This document shows, piece after piece, positions 24,133-32,333 of a DNA stretch of 41,113 nucleotides (the first letter of the stretch is position 1; every line of letters starts with the position of its first letter). The notes under the pieces were generated by a model. The model did no database searches. It had not been told where the DNA came from and worked only from the letters and a program-made list of their open reading frames with translations. This DNA is from an uncultured Dehalococcoidales bacterium. Its GTDB lineage: Bacteria; Chloroflexota; Dehalococcoidia; GIF9; AB-539-J10. Position numbers and translations under genes: made by a program. The stretch covers positions 1 through 41,113 of the forward strand of contig CAZPDE010000002.1 of the NCBI GenBank assembly GCA_964585315.1. Reading direction: 5' to 3'.

Positions 24133-24681
24133 TCAGCGTTCGATCCCATCCCGTGCTTGAACCCCTTTCTGAAAATAATGTTTGACCTCCACCATCTCTG
24201 TCACCAGGTCTGCTGCGGCAATAAGTTCTGGCGGCGCATACCGTCCAGTAAAGACCACCTCTACGCCGTTTGGCTTGGAATGTATTATCTCTAGCATTTC
24301 CTCCAGTGAGATCAAGTGAAAATAATGACTGGTAACAATCTCATCAAAGATAATGATGTCATATTTGCCGGAAAACATAGCCTCTTTTGCCTTCGCTAAA
24401 CCTTCTTGTGCCATCTGAACATCTTCTTCTCGGGGAGGATTCTGGACATGAATTAAAGTATCTTTTCCGTATTGCTCAATAGTGATATATGGCTGCACCA
24501 TTTTCGTTGCCTCCAGTTCACCATAACGCTGACCCTTCATGAATTGCCCAATGTATGTCTTTAGTCCTCGCCCTGTAGCTCGGAAGGCCAAACCCAAAGC
24601 AGCTGTAGTCTTACCTTTGGAGTTTCCGGTGTAGACTTGAACATAGCCCTTCCCCAACTCGCGCGATTCTTTTTGTATCAT
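24133..24681 (-). CDS. cobO: Cob(I)yrinic acid a,c-diamide / cob(I)alamin adenosyltransferase (CobO/BtuR type)
   Basis: 182 aa with GKGYVQVYTGNSKGKTTAALGLAFRA (P-loop), FDEI, and VVFTGRYAPPELIAAADLVTEMVEVKH. Confidence 0.85.
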   Translation of the reverse strand: MIQKESRELGKGYVQVYTGNSKGKTTAALGLAFRATGRGLKTYIGQFMKGQRYGELEATKMVQPYITIEQYGKDTLIHVQNPPREEDVQMAQEGLAKAKEAMFSGKYDIIIFDEIVTSHYFHLISLEEMLEIIHSKPNGVEVVFTGRYAPPELIAAADLVTEMVEVKHYFQKGVQARDGIER

Positions 24682-24774
24682 AACAACCCCCCTTTCGTTG
24701 AGTTTGCTTGCTAAATTCTGAGCAAATTGATTGCCTTCACTCGACCAAGCTAGCGCATAAATGTGCCTACTTGC

Positions 24775-25512
24775 TCACTTTGCCTCCTGTAATTCATAGC
24801 TCCAGAAAAATCGCTTCTTGAATCTCTCTAATATTGCTATTGTCTTTGTGCCGAAGAGCCTCAAGAAAATAACATTTGCCAGCGAATGGGAGGCATCCCA
24901 CCAGACAGCGTTGAGCAAAGTGAGCAGGTATGTCTTCATCGTAAGAGGATAGATAAAAGCTGCCCAGAACCAGATATTTATTATCAATCCATAAAGCATG
25001 CCCCATATAGCTCCGAATACTACCAGCAGCATAATCCTGGATCGGTCGGAATGTACAGGGATTCGCTTAAGATAGCCCGCCGAAACTCCTACCAGCCCCC
25101 AGGTGAAGATTTGGTATACTGTCCACGGGCCATGTCCCAGAAAGAGATTGGATATGAAAGTAGTTAAAGCAGCCACCATAAATCCGGCAACAGGCCCGAA
25201 GACATAGCCAGAGCAAATGATAAAGAAAGTGCATGGCTGAAAGTTCATTAAGGCAGCAAAAGGAAGCCTCGAGACTGCCGAGATGGTTCCCAGCATGGAA
25301 ACGAGAACTATTTGCTTGGCCCCGGTAGCAGCAGTCTCAAATTCAAAAAGGAAGGCAAGAATGGTCAGAGCAAAAAAGATGAGGACTATCAACCCCCAGT
25401 TCAGGATGCCCATATTGGGGTCAAGGAATCCCCCGCGAAATCGGAGCGGCGCTATATAGCAATAGACTCCGAGAAATAATATTAGCGCCAGAAAGATATA
25501 GCTTTTCCTCAT
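24775..25512 (-). CDS. Probable ECF-transporter S (substrate-capture) component
   Basis: 245-aa polytopic membrane protein with about six or seven TM segments. It lies immediately downstream of, and translationally overlaps, the fused EcfA gene. The family call rests on position and hydrophobicity. Confidence 0.55.
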   Translation of the reverse strand: MRKSYIFLALILFLGVYCYIAPLRFRGGFLDPNMGILNWGLIVLIFFALTILAFLFEFETAATGAKQIVLVSMLGTISAVSRLPFAALMNFQPCTFFIICSGYVFGPVAGFMVAALTTFISNLFLGHGPWTVYQIFTWGLVGVSAGYLKRIPVHSDRSRIMLLVVFGAIWGMLYGLIINIWFWAAFIYPLTMKTYLLTLLNAVWWDASHSLANVIFLRLFGTKTIAILERFKKRFFWSYELQEAK

Positions 25513-27185
25513 GGTAGTAAGTCTAGTGCTTCATCGACTGTTAACACATCTCCAGGAACACCATATTTTTCAAAAGCTTGAATGAGGCGGTTTATCTGAG
25601 GTGAAAACAGGAGAGCTTTAGAGAGGACCTCCTGTTTGTCGCCGTCCACTATAATTCTCCCCTCACTCATTAGTATCACCCTATCGGCATGTTCAGCCAC
25701 TGTCTCCACATCATGGGTTACCACGACCACGGCATTGCCCATAGCTCTATATTCGTTCAAGAAGGTCATCAACTGGCTCTTCAATCTATAATCCATTCCT
25801 CTGGTAGGTTCATCTAAAATTAGAATCTTCGGCTGAGTGACAATAACTGAGGCTAAAGCCACCCGTTGCTTCTCTCCTCCGCTCAAATAGCGAGGGTAGT
25901 GGCTCCGGTATTTGCTAAGCTTGAACCTTTCCAGCATTTCTTCAACCCTTGATGTTATCTCTACCCCATCAAGCCCCAAATTCTTCAGGGTAAAGGCGAT
26001 TTCTTCCTCAACTGTATCAGCAAAGAGGTGGTCATTGGGGTCCTGGAAAACAAAACCAACTTTCTTGGACAGTTCAGCAATGGTAACCTTTCGGGTATCA
26101 ACTCCATCTATATTCACAGACCCCTTCGCTGGCTTTAAAAGCCCGTTAAAATGCTTAACCAGAGTCGTTTTGCCCGAGGCATTACGGCCCATAATAGCAA
26201 CGAACTCACCCTCATGTACCTCCAGACTTACATCCTTTAGTGCGGTGACCTCCCTGGAGTAAGCGTACCAGAGCTTTTCTACTTCGACTATTATTGGTTT
26301 GCTATCACCTTTTTTATCGTGCCGGGGTACTTGCACTGAAGCCCCTTGGAAAACTGCATCAAGCGCAATTCTACCTTCTTTAACTGTCAGCGGAGTCTCA
26401 TCTATGCTGATGCCCTTGCGCCTTATTCCTTGAGTTAGCTTGATTATGGGAGGTATGCCTATGCCAATTTCTGCCGACTTTCCATCACTTAGGATATGTC
26501 TTGGGTCTCCATCAGCAACGATTTCTCCCTGGGATATTATTATCAGCCTGTCGACATACTGAGTTACTCTATCCAATCGGTGCTCAACCAGTATTACTGC
26601 TAGCCCCAACTCATCGTTCAAGCGTTCCACTATCGAAATCACCTCCTCAGCACCTTTGGGGTCTAGCTCAGAGGTTGGCTCATCCAGCACTAGAATGCCA
26701 GGATGCAGCGCCAGAACAGAGGCTATGGCGACCTTCTGCTTCTCCCCACCAGACAATTCATGCACTTGCCTGTGGCGTAGAGCAGAAATGCCCAGCGTAT
26801 CCAGAGACTCTTCCAGCCTCTTGGCAATGAGGCTTTTGGGGAAAGCCAGATTCTCCATGCCAAATGCGATTTCCCTTTCTACATCTATGGCAACGAGCTG
26901 GTTCTCCGGGTCTTGAAATACCATTCCCACCTTGGTAGCTAACTCCTTAGTAGAATGTCTTATTGCATCAATACCTTGAACCTCCACCTTGCCTGCTACT
27001 CTCCCCCCGTAGAAATGAGGTATCAGTCCATTGAGACAACGGCACAGGCTTGATTTTCCTCCACCTGATGGTCCAGTTACCAGCACGAACTCCCCGTCCC
27101 GAACTTGAAGGTTTATATTCTTCAGCGCTGGCTTTTCAGCATCGCCGTAGTAGAAAGTAAAATCCTCAATCTTAATCAAGGTCAA
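25509..27185 (-). CDS. ecfA: Fused double ECF-transporter ATPase (EcfA-EcfA', CbiO-like)
   Basis: Two ABC cassettes: GPSGGGKSS / LSGGEKQKVAIA / LVLDEPTSELD and GRNASGKTT / LSGGEKQRVALA / LILDEPTRGMD. Confidence 0.88.
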   Translation of the reverse strand: MTLIKIEDFTFYYGDAEKPALKNINLQVRDGEFVLVTGPSGGGKSSLCRCLNGLIPHFYGGRVAGKVEVQGIDAIRHSTKELATKVGMVFQDPENQLVAIDVEREIAFGMENLAFPKSLIAKRLEESLDTLGISALRHRQVHELSGGEKQKVAIASVLALHPGILVLDEPTSELDPKGAEEVISIVERLNDELGLAVILVEHRLDRVTQYVDRLIIISQGEIVADGDPRHILSDGKSAEIGIGIPPIIKLTQGIRRKGISIDETPLTVKEGRIALDAVFQGASVQVPRHDKKGDSKPIIVEVEKLWYAYSREVTALKDVSLEVHEGEFVAIMGRNASGKTTLVKHFNGLLKPAKGSVNIDGVDTRKVTIAELSKKVGFVFQDPNDHLFADTVEEEIAFTLKNLGLDGVEITSRVEEMLERFKLSKYRSHYPRYLSGGEKQRVALASVIVTQPKILILDEPTRGMDYRLKSQLMTFLNEYRAMGNAVVVVTHDVETVAEHADRVILMSEGRIIVDGDKQEVLSKALLFSPQINRLIQAFEKYGVPGDVLTVDEALDLLP

Positions 27186-28098
27186 TCCTCCTCTTTAAGA
27201 AAGCCATAGGCACCAATGTCACCATAAGAAGCAATAGCATAGCCAGCCAGAAGCTCTCCATGCCACCAAGGTTTATTGCCTCCAGCGAGGGGTAATATTG
27301 ATAGCTCCCATATCCAGAAGTACGTATGGCAATAGCGAGGACGAGAGGTAAAACTACGAAGGCTAAAGTGATGATGTCAAATTGGCTGAACCTTATTTCT
27401 TTGTAAAATGTTCTGGCATTCCCTTGCCCAAAAGCCCTTGATTCCATCGCCTCGGCAACCTGAACGGTGCGGTCTAAGCAGTTGGATAAAAGGGGGATCA
27501 AAATCGCAGCGCGCTTTTTAGCTTTCTGCAGCGCTCTCCCTTTATCCATTTCCACGCCTCGCGTTCTGTGCACATCAGTTAGACGCTCAATATCGGCGAT
27601 TAGGGTGGGAACAAATCGGGTGGAGAGCGAAGTTGCCAGCACCGATTTGTAAGGCAGCTTCATTCTTATCATCGCCAGCATTATATCATCGGGGTGGACA
27701 GTAAAATTGAGCATGGCGAAGGCAGATATGATAGTCAGCAACCGCAGCGCCATCATAGACCCAAAGAATATAGCCTCCAAGGTTACATTGAGTGGACCTA
27801 GTGCCGGAATTTCAAAGGGAGCTTCAAGCAAAACATGAGCGCCCTGGCTAACCACCAATGTATTTATAAAAACTATGAAGATTCCAAGGTAGAGTACTAA
27901 TTTTATGGAAGAAGCCCATTCCTTCCATATCTTTGCTATTGCTACCAGAGGCAGCGTCGAAAGAAAAAGGAGGAAAATATACAGGGGATTGTCAAAAATC
28001 AAGGCAAGAACCAAAATATTGGCAACCCATAGCAACTTACAAACGGGATTGAGTCGGTGAACCGGAGTGCCCTTGTCCTCGAACCTGAAACTTATCAT
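27172..28098 (-). CDS. ecfT: ECF-transporter T component (CbiQ family)
   Basis: 308 aa, multi-TM. The cytoplasmic coupling helices carry Arg motifs (LSTRFVPTL, VHRTRGVE). It overlaps both neighbours. Confidence 0.8.
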   Translation of the reverse strand: MISFRFEDKGTPVHRLNPVCKLLWVANILVLALIFDNPLYIFLLFLSTLPLVAIAKIWKEWASSIKLVLYLGIFIVFINTLVVSQGAHVLLEAPFEIPALGPLNVTLEAIFFGSMMALRLLTIISAFAMLNFTVHPDDIMLAMIRMKLPYKSVLATSLSTRFVPTLIADIERLTDVHRTRGVEMDKGRALQKAKKRAAILIPLLSNCLDRTVQVAEAMESRAFGQGNARTFYKEIRFSQFDIITLAFVVLPLVLAIAIRTSGYGSYQYYPSLEAINLGGMESFWLAMLLLLMVTLVPMAFLKRRIDLD

Positions 28099-29036
28099 AG
28101 AGGTATCCTGATTATCCCTCCATCCGCTATCACCACTGCAGAAGCATATTGAATCTGGGAATATTGGTTGACTAGAGCATCTGCGGCATTCTTTACTCCG
28201 GCCTCGTCTGTGCCAGACACCATCCAGACAACGGCCTCACAACTCCAGCTCCCTTTCGGATTCCAGATATTCTGAGTTGCTTGAATCACGCCACTCCCAG
28301 CTCCATATTCTGCCACAGCCTTACCCTTAGAGTTGAACGCCTGCAATTTACCATCCTTAAAGTGAGCAAATAAGCCAATCCGGTCATAGACCTCGTTGAG
28401 TTCTGCGATAAGCTCAAAATCCATGGTACACATAAGAATCAGGTTAGAATGCTCTTTCTCCTCATCTGATAGCTCGGCTGCATTAGTAACAGAAATCTCC
28501 TTCACTCCAAGTTCCTCGAGCTTGCTCTTAAGCCTTCCCGCTTCTCCTTCGAGGTTTCCGGAATAGACTACCACGGTAGGGGAGGCTTTCCCCCTATAAC
28601 CATGTAAGAATGGCTCAGGCAAATCACCTATGATGGCATTGCAGCCATGCATGATATAACTATAATCGTGGTAGTCCCAATGCTGCATATCACCAGACTG
28701 AAGTTTATAGCCTGAAGCGAATACATTGGCCATGATGCCATTGATGTAATAGAACCAATACTCTGTACTGGAACCGTAGAGGCCATCTATGCCCGCAACA
28801 TAGGTTCCTGCCTTCCTGAGTTCAGCCACCTGCCCCAGTGCTTTCTCAGCAGTAGTTCCTGCCATCACTGTGGCTGTTCTATCAAATATGAGCTCAGCGC
28901 CGAAGTCTCTGGTGGCTACCACTCTGACAGATATCTGCTCTGATGTTGGGGGAGGAGTGGTAGCACAGCCAGCCAACATGCCAGTAAGGACGAAAAGTAC
29001 AATAGCAACGGTTAGTATCTTCTTCATTTTTACCAT
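28095..29036 (-). CDS. Lipoprotein with a DUF4430 (transcobalamin-like C-terminal/beta) domain
   Basis: Lipobox LTGMLAGC. ISVRVVATRDFGAE...TEYWFYYINGIMANVFASGYKLQSGDMQHWDYHDY matches the DUF4430 pattern (W.Y.vNG....ga..Y.l..GD...W.Y). The C-terminal ~180 aa were not recognised. Confidence 0.7.
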   Translation of the reverse strand: MVKMKKILTVAIVLFVLTGMLAGCATTPPPTSEQISVRVVATRDFGAELIFDRTATVMAGTTAEKALGQVAELRKAGTYVAGIDGLYGSSTEYWFYYINGIMANVFASGYKLQSGDMQHWDYHDYSYIMHGCNAIIGDLPEPFLHGYRGKASPTVVVYSGNLEGEAGRLKSKLEELGVKEISVTNAAELSDEEKEHSNLILMCTMDFELIAELNEVYDRIGLFAHFKDGKLQAFNSKGKAVAEYGAGSGVIQATQNIWNPKGSWSCEAVVWMVSGTDEAGVKNAADALVNQYSQIQYASAVVIADGGIIRIPL

Positions 29037-29060
29037 TCTCCCTTTTTCTTTTCTGACAGC

Positions 29061-31595
29061 TTATGTTCTGCCACGACGCCGTCCCAGGATGAAAATTATG
29101 ATAGCTGTAATTGCTAAAATACCGGCCACAATGCTTCCAATGAACGCCCAGAATGCCCAATCAAGCGACCCCGTATCTTCAGGAGGAACCGTCTCCTCAA
29201 CGGTAAATTCAGCAGTTTGTCCATCTACTTCAACCTCATAACTCCCGGCGTTTTCCCTGCTGACAGTAAAGGTTACTAACCGTTCTTCACCGGGAGTAAG
29301 TATCAGTTCCTCTACCGTCTCGACACCACCGCCTATTTTCAGAGACAGGCTATAGCTTCCCTCAGTCTCACCGGTGTTAGCCACAAGTACTGTAACAGTG
29401 ACATCTTCCCCCGGTCTTACTACTTCAGGAGTGACATCCAGGCTCTTAACTGTGAATGCTGCCGACGATGAGCTTGTCGTCCCACCCAGAATAGTGAATT
29501 GGGTGAAGTGTCTTACTCTAGCAGTAACAGTATTTTCAGCAATATCCGCCACGCTGTTTTCCAGGATAGCCCATTCGTTCTTGCTGGTATCAAAATAGGC
29601 TATCTTAAAATCCTCCTCTGTCACACCTTTCCAATCCGGTGATGTTACCTTGACGATGTCCGCGACATTGACGCTTCCATCGCAGTTCACATCCCATGCC
29701 ATGCTATCAGCCACAGGGACTTCATCATAATGTAAAGTCAAGGTAATCGGAGGCTCGAAAGTGGCTTTCTCAGGACCAATGTCATAGGTCAGCCCGATGG
29801 GACAGACATCTGGTGATACCGAAGGTGATTCGGTAACAGCTTCAATAGTTATTTGCTCCGGCGGTGTGCCCGATACAGTGAGAGCAATAGTTCTTTCGGG
29901 CAGCTTCAAATCCACTTTTTTGTCCGCTGAGGCAAGCTCTACTAGCTCCAGAACCCTGCCGCTAGCGTCAATTTTCCCTGTCAGTTCAATCACTCCCGGA
30001 GGCAGTCCTGCCTCCACTCGGAATGACCAGGCTCGGCGCGCCTGATTTCCTTCTATGTCTCTTACCCTTACCTCGATGCGGTGCTCGCTATTGGCCAGGG
30101 GTATTGCCGGAGTATAACTTGCTCGCGTCCCGGTGATTATAGCCTCTACCAATGTGCTATCTATCTTGACACTGACTGACGCCGTATCAATACCTGAGCC
30201 AGTGTCAGAATAAGCAGCGCTGATTGTTGGTGTTCCTGTATCCACCGTTGCTCCTGAAGGTGGGCTCAGGTTGCTGATGGTGGGAGGTGTAGTATCCGAA
30301 GCGGTTTCGGTATCCACAATAAAGCTCCATGCTTTGTAAGCCTTGTTCCCAGCCTGGTCATAAACGGTGAGTTGAGCACTCCTGGTGCCATCTGACAGAG
30401 CAGTGGTCGGAATATAGCTTATTCCTGTCTCGGTGACCGTGGTTTCTGAAGTTACATCAGCGCCATCTACCCTTAATGTCACTGAAGAACTGTCAATACC
30501 TGACAGAGCATCAGAATAAGCAGCGCTTATCGTTGGCTTTCCTGTATCCACGGTTGCCCCTGAAGATGGCTCTAAATCGCTTATCTTTGGGGATGAATTA
30601 TCCTTGACTATCTTCGTCGGCCAGTATTTCCCGACCAGGGGCGGCAGGATGTAAGATGTCATCCACTCAGGATTGTTATCAACGCCTTCTATCCAGTTGA
30701 AGCCACCGTCAGCTCGCTGGAGGCTCAGGGCGTGCTCTACCGGGTTGTTCCCGTTCTTTGTCCAATGTTCACCTGTAGGGTCTTGCCCGCAGGCACGAAT
30801 GGCAGCAATAGCACGAGCATCTGAGGCTACATCCGACTTGTCAGACATTCCAGCACAGGGAAACCCTCCATCATCAAGCTGCTCAGATTTAATAAAGTCC
30901 AGCCCATCTTGAATTGCCCGTGAGGATGGGCTTTGCCCGGCAGCAATCAGAGCCATGATAGCGTTAGCTGTATCGCATACATCACCAGCTCCTGCCGTAG
31001 TGCAGCCCCAGCCGCCGGCATCACTCTGGTTGGCTAAAATATAATTCTTACTCGCTTGGATGATTTCTGAACTGCGGCTTTCCCCCGCTCCAATTAAAGC
31101 AATGATACCCCAGAAATCATCGTTGATGAGCCCGGGCTTGCCAATCTGCTCTCCGTCAAACATGGCTTTTAGCCCACCTACAAAGTTCACCCCCCCGAAA
31201 TCCCACGGGTTTTCCCCGGCGGCAACAATGGCAGAAAGGTAATACTCGTAAGGTAGAGCCTCTTTCGTTTCCGGCGGCTGCGCCTCAAATGTAGCCTTGC
31301 TGCGAATGTAATCAACCACGGAGTTTCCACCCTTGCTATAGCTGTGGGTGTCTCTCCCACCGGCGTCAATAGCTACTATGGCATAGCAGCACATCTCTAC
31401 ATTCGATCCAATACTGCCATCAACATTCTGGCAGTCCTCTAAGTAATCTAATGCAGCCATTATTCGAGCATCGTTTGTGCTCAGTGGGTAGCTTGCTGCC
31501 AGGACTGGCATCGCCGCTGGCATCAGCAGGGCACAGAGCACCAGGATAACGAGCGGAATCCCCAGTATGCCTTTTAGCTTAGTTAGTTTTTCCAA
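29061..31595 (-). CDS. 844-aa membrane-anchored surface protein: prenyltransferase/terpene-cyclase-like alpha/alpha toroid, 2 Ig-like repeats, single dockerin-like Ca loop, CARDB-like domain, C-terminal TM
   Basis: Signal peptide MEKLTKLKGILGIPLVILV.... Recurrent QxxDGS(I/W)G-type repeats (NVDGSIG, DAGGWG, DDGGFP, ADGGFNW). Two units of about 95 aa (P.IS.L.P.SGATVDTG.PTISAAYSD..SGID..SV...). Then WDVNCDGSVNVADIV, CARDB-like TPEVVRPGEDVTVTVLVANTGETEGSY, and the tail IVAGILAITAIIIFILGRRRGRT. TTG start with an AAGGGGG Shine-Dalgarno sequence. Confidence 0.7.
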   Translation of the reverse strand: MEKLTKLKGILGIPLVILVLCALLMPAAMPVLAASYPLSTNDARIMAALDYLEDCQNVDGSIGSNVEMCCYAIVAIDAGGRDTHSYSKGGNSVVDYIRSKATFEAQPPETKEALPYEYYLSAIVAAGENPWDFGGVNFVGGLKAMFDGEQIGKPGLINDDFWGIIALIGAGESRSSEIIQASKNYILANQSDAGGWGCTTAGAGDVCDTANAIMALIAAGQSPSSRAIQDGLDFIKSEQLDDGGFPCAGMSDKSDVASDARAIAAIRACGQDPTGEHWTKNGNNPVEHALSLQRADGGFNWIEGVDNNPEWMTSYILPPLVGKYWPTKIVKDNSSPKISDLEPSSGATVDTGKPTISAAYSDALSGIDSSSVTLRVDGADVTSETTVTETGISYIPTTALSDGTRSAQLTVYDQAGNKAYKAWSFIVDTETASDTTPPTISNLSPPSGATVDTGTPTISAAYSDTGSGIDTASVSVKIDSTLVEAIITGTRASYTPAIPLANSEHRIEVRVRDIEGNQARRAWSFRVEAGLPPGVIELTGKIDASGRVLELVELASADKKVDLKLPERTIALTVSGTPPEQITIEAVTESPSVSPDVCPIGLTYDIGPEKATFEPPITLTLHYDEVPVADSMAWDVNCDGSVNVADIVKVTSPDWKGVTEEDFKIAYFDTSKNEWAILENSVADIAENTVTARVRHFTQFTILGGTTSSSSAAFTVKSLDVTPEVVRPGEDVTVTVLVANTGETEGSYSLSLKIGGGVETVEELILTPGEERLVTFTVSRENAGSYEVEVDGQTAEFTVEETVPPEDTGSLDWAFWAFIGSIVAGILAITAIIIFILGRRRGRT

Positions 31596-31653
31596 TTTCT
31601 ATTCCCCCTTTTCTTAAGAGAAGGCATAAAGCTCATCAGGCACTTTTATAAGA

Positions 31654-31710
31654 GGCACAAAGTTTGCTTAGAGCCAGCCCCTTTGTGCCTCTGTGCCTCT
31701 GTATCTTTGC
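31654..31710 (-). promoter_or_regulatory. Conserved 57-nt leader/trailer element with hairpin (copy A)
   Basis: On the minus strand: gcaaagatacagaggcacagaggcacaaaggggctggctctaagcaaactttgtgcc. GGCACAAAG and CTTTGTGCC form a 9-bp stem. A second copy lies at 34989..35045. Confidence 0.5.
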
Positions 31711-31716
31711 CCATTC

Positions 31717-32073
31717 TTATTTAGACCTGACCTTGTTAATAAGGCTGCTGAGCATACGCTCAATCTCCCTGCTCGATTCGTATATTGCTTGAAAAGCTGC
31801 ATCAGGGATAAAGGCTAAGTTTTGAGCAATCGTAAGCTGGGTTTGCAATTCATAAAGTGCCCCCATAGATATTTGTAGAAAACGGACATAATCATTGGTA
31901 GATTTACGACCATATCCCTCAGCAATATTGCTTGGCACCGATACAGCGCTTCGCCTGATTTGAGAACTAAGACCATAAAGTTCGTCCTTTGGAAATTGCG
32001 CTGCCACCCTGTAAACCCCTGTCACCAGATCCATGGCTTTCTGCCAGACTACCAAGTCTCTATATGTTTTCAT
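31717..32073 (-). CDS. Four-helix-bundle protein (23S rRNA intervening-sequence protein / Avd-like family)
   Basis: 118 aa. YRDLVVWQKAMDLV...FPKDELYGLSSQIRRSAVSVPSNIAEGYGR...Y..FL.IS.GSL.EL.TQL is the family signature. Confidence 0.85.
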   Translation of the reverse strand: MKTYRDLVVWQKAMDLVTGVYRVAAQFPKDELYGLSSQIRRSAVSVPSNIAEGYGRKSTNDYVRFLQISMGALYELQTQLTIAQNLAFIPDAAFQAIYESSREIERMLSSLINKVRSK

Positions 32074-32076
32074 CTC

Positions 32077-32156
32077 TCTGTACTTTTGCTACTTTGTGCC
32101 TTTGTGCCTTTGTGCCTTTGTGCCTCTGTGCCTCTGTATCTTTGCTCCTTTGTGCC
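32077..32156. repeat. Ten-unit 8-nt tandem array (plus-strand TTTGTGCC/TCTGTGCC; minus-strand GGCACAAA/GGCACAGA)
   Basis: Read directly: tctgtact tttgctac tttgtgcc x4 tctgtgcc tctgtatc tttgctcc tttgtgcc. It fills the whole spacer between the stop at 32160 and the ATG at 32073. Shorter arrays occur at 31682..31713 and 35017..35056. Confidence 0.85.
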
Positions 32157-32159
32157 TCC

Positions 32160-32333
32160 CTATTCACCCCAGTGAATGCCGATTATCACTATGTCCTGGG
32201 TATCAATGGTCCCGTCATTGTTAACATCCTCCCGAATCCAGCCCTGCGTTCCTTCCTCACCCCAGTGCATACCCACCAGGACAATATCCTGAGTGTCAAT
32301 CTCACCATCACAGTTCACATCCCAGTCAGGGCA
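32160..32333 (-). repeat. Dockerin-coding dispersed repeat, copy 1
   Basis: About 175 nt collinear with 35060..35233. My hand alignment gives about 20 mismatches and no indels. Confidence 0.85.

Noticed and set aside
32077-32156. The 8-nt tandem array and the other dispersed repeats considered as a CRISPR array
   Set aside because: The units are contiguous 8-mers without spacers. The other repeat families are irregularly spaced, composite and of variable length. No cas genes are present.
31596-32159. Cobalamin riboswitch upstream of the ECF/DUF4430 operon (and at 24682..24774 upstream of cobO)
   Set aside because: I could not find a B12-box-like core or the expected multi-stem architecture. 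The spacers are occupied by the 8-mer array and hairpin element. A covariance-model scan is still needed for certainty.
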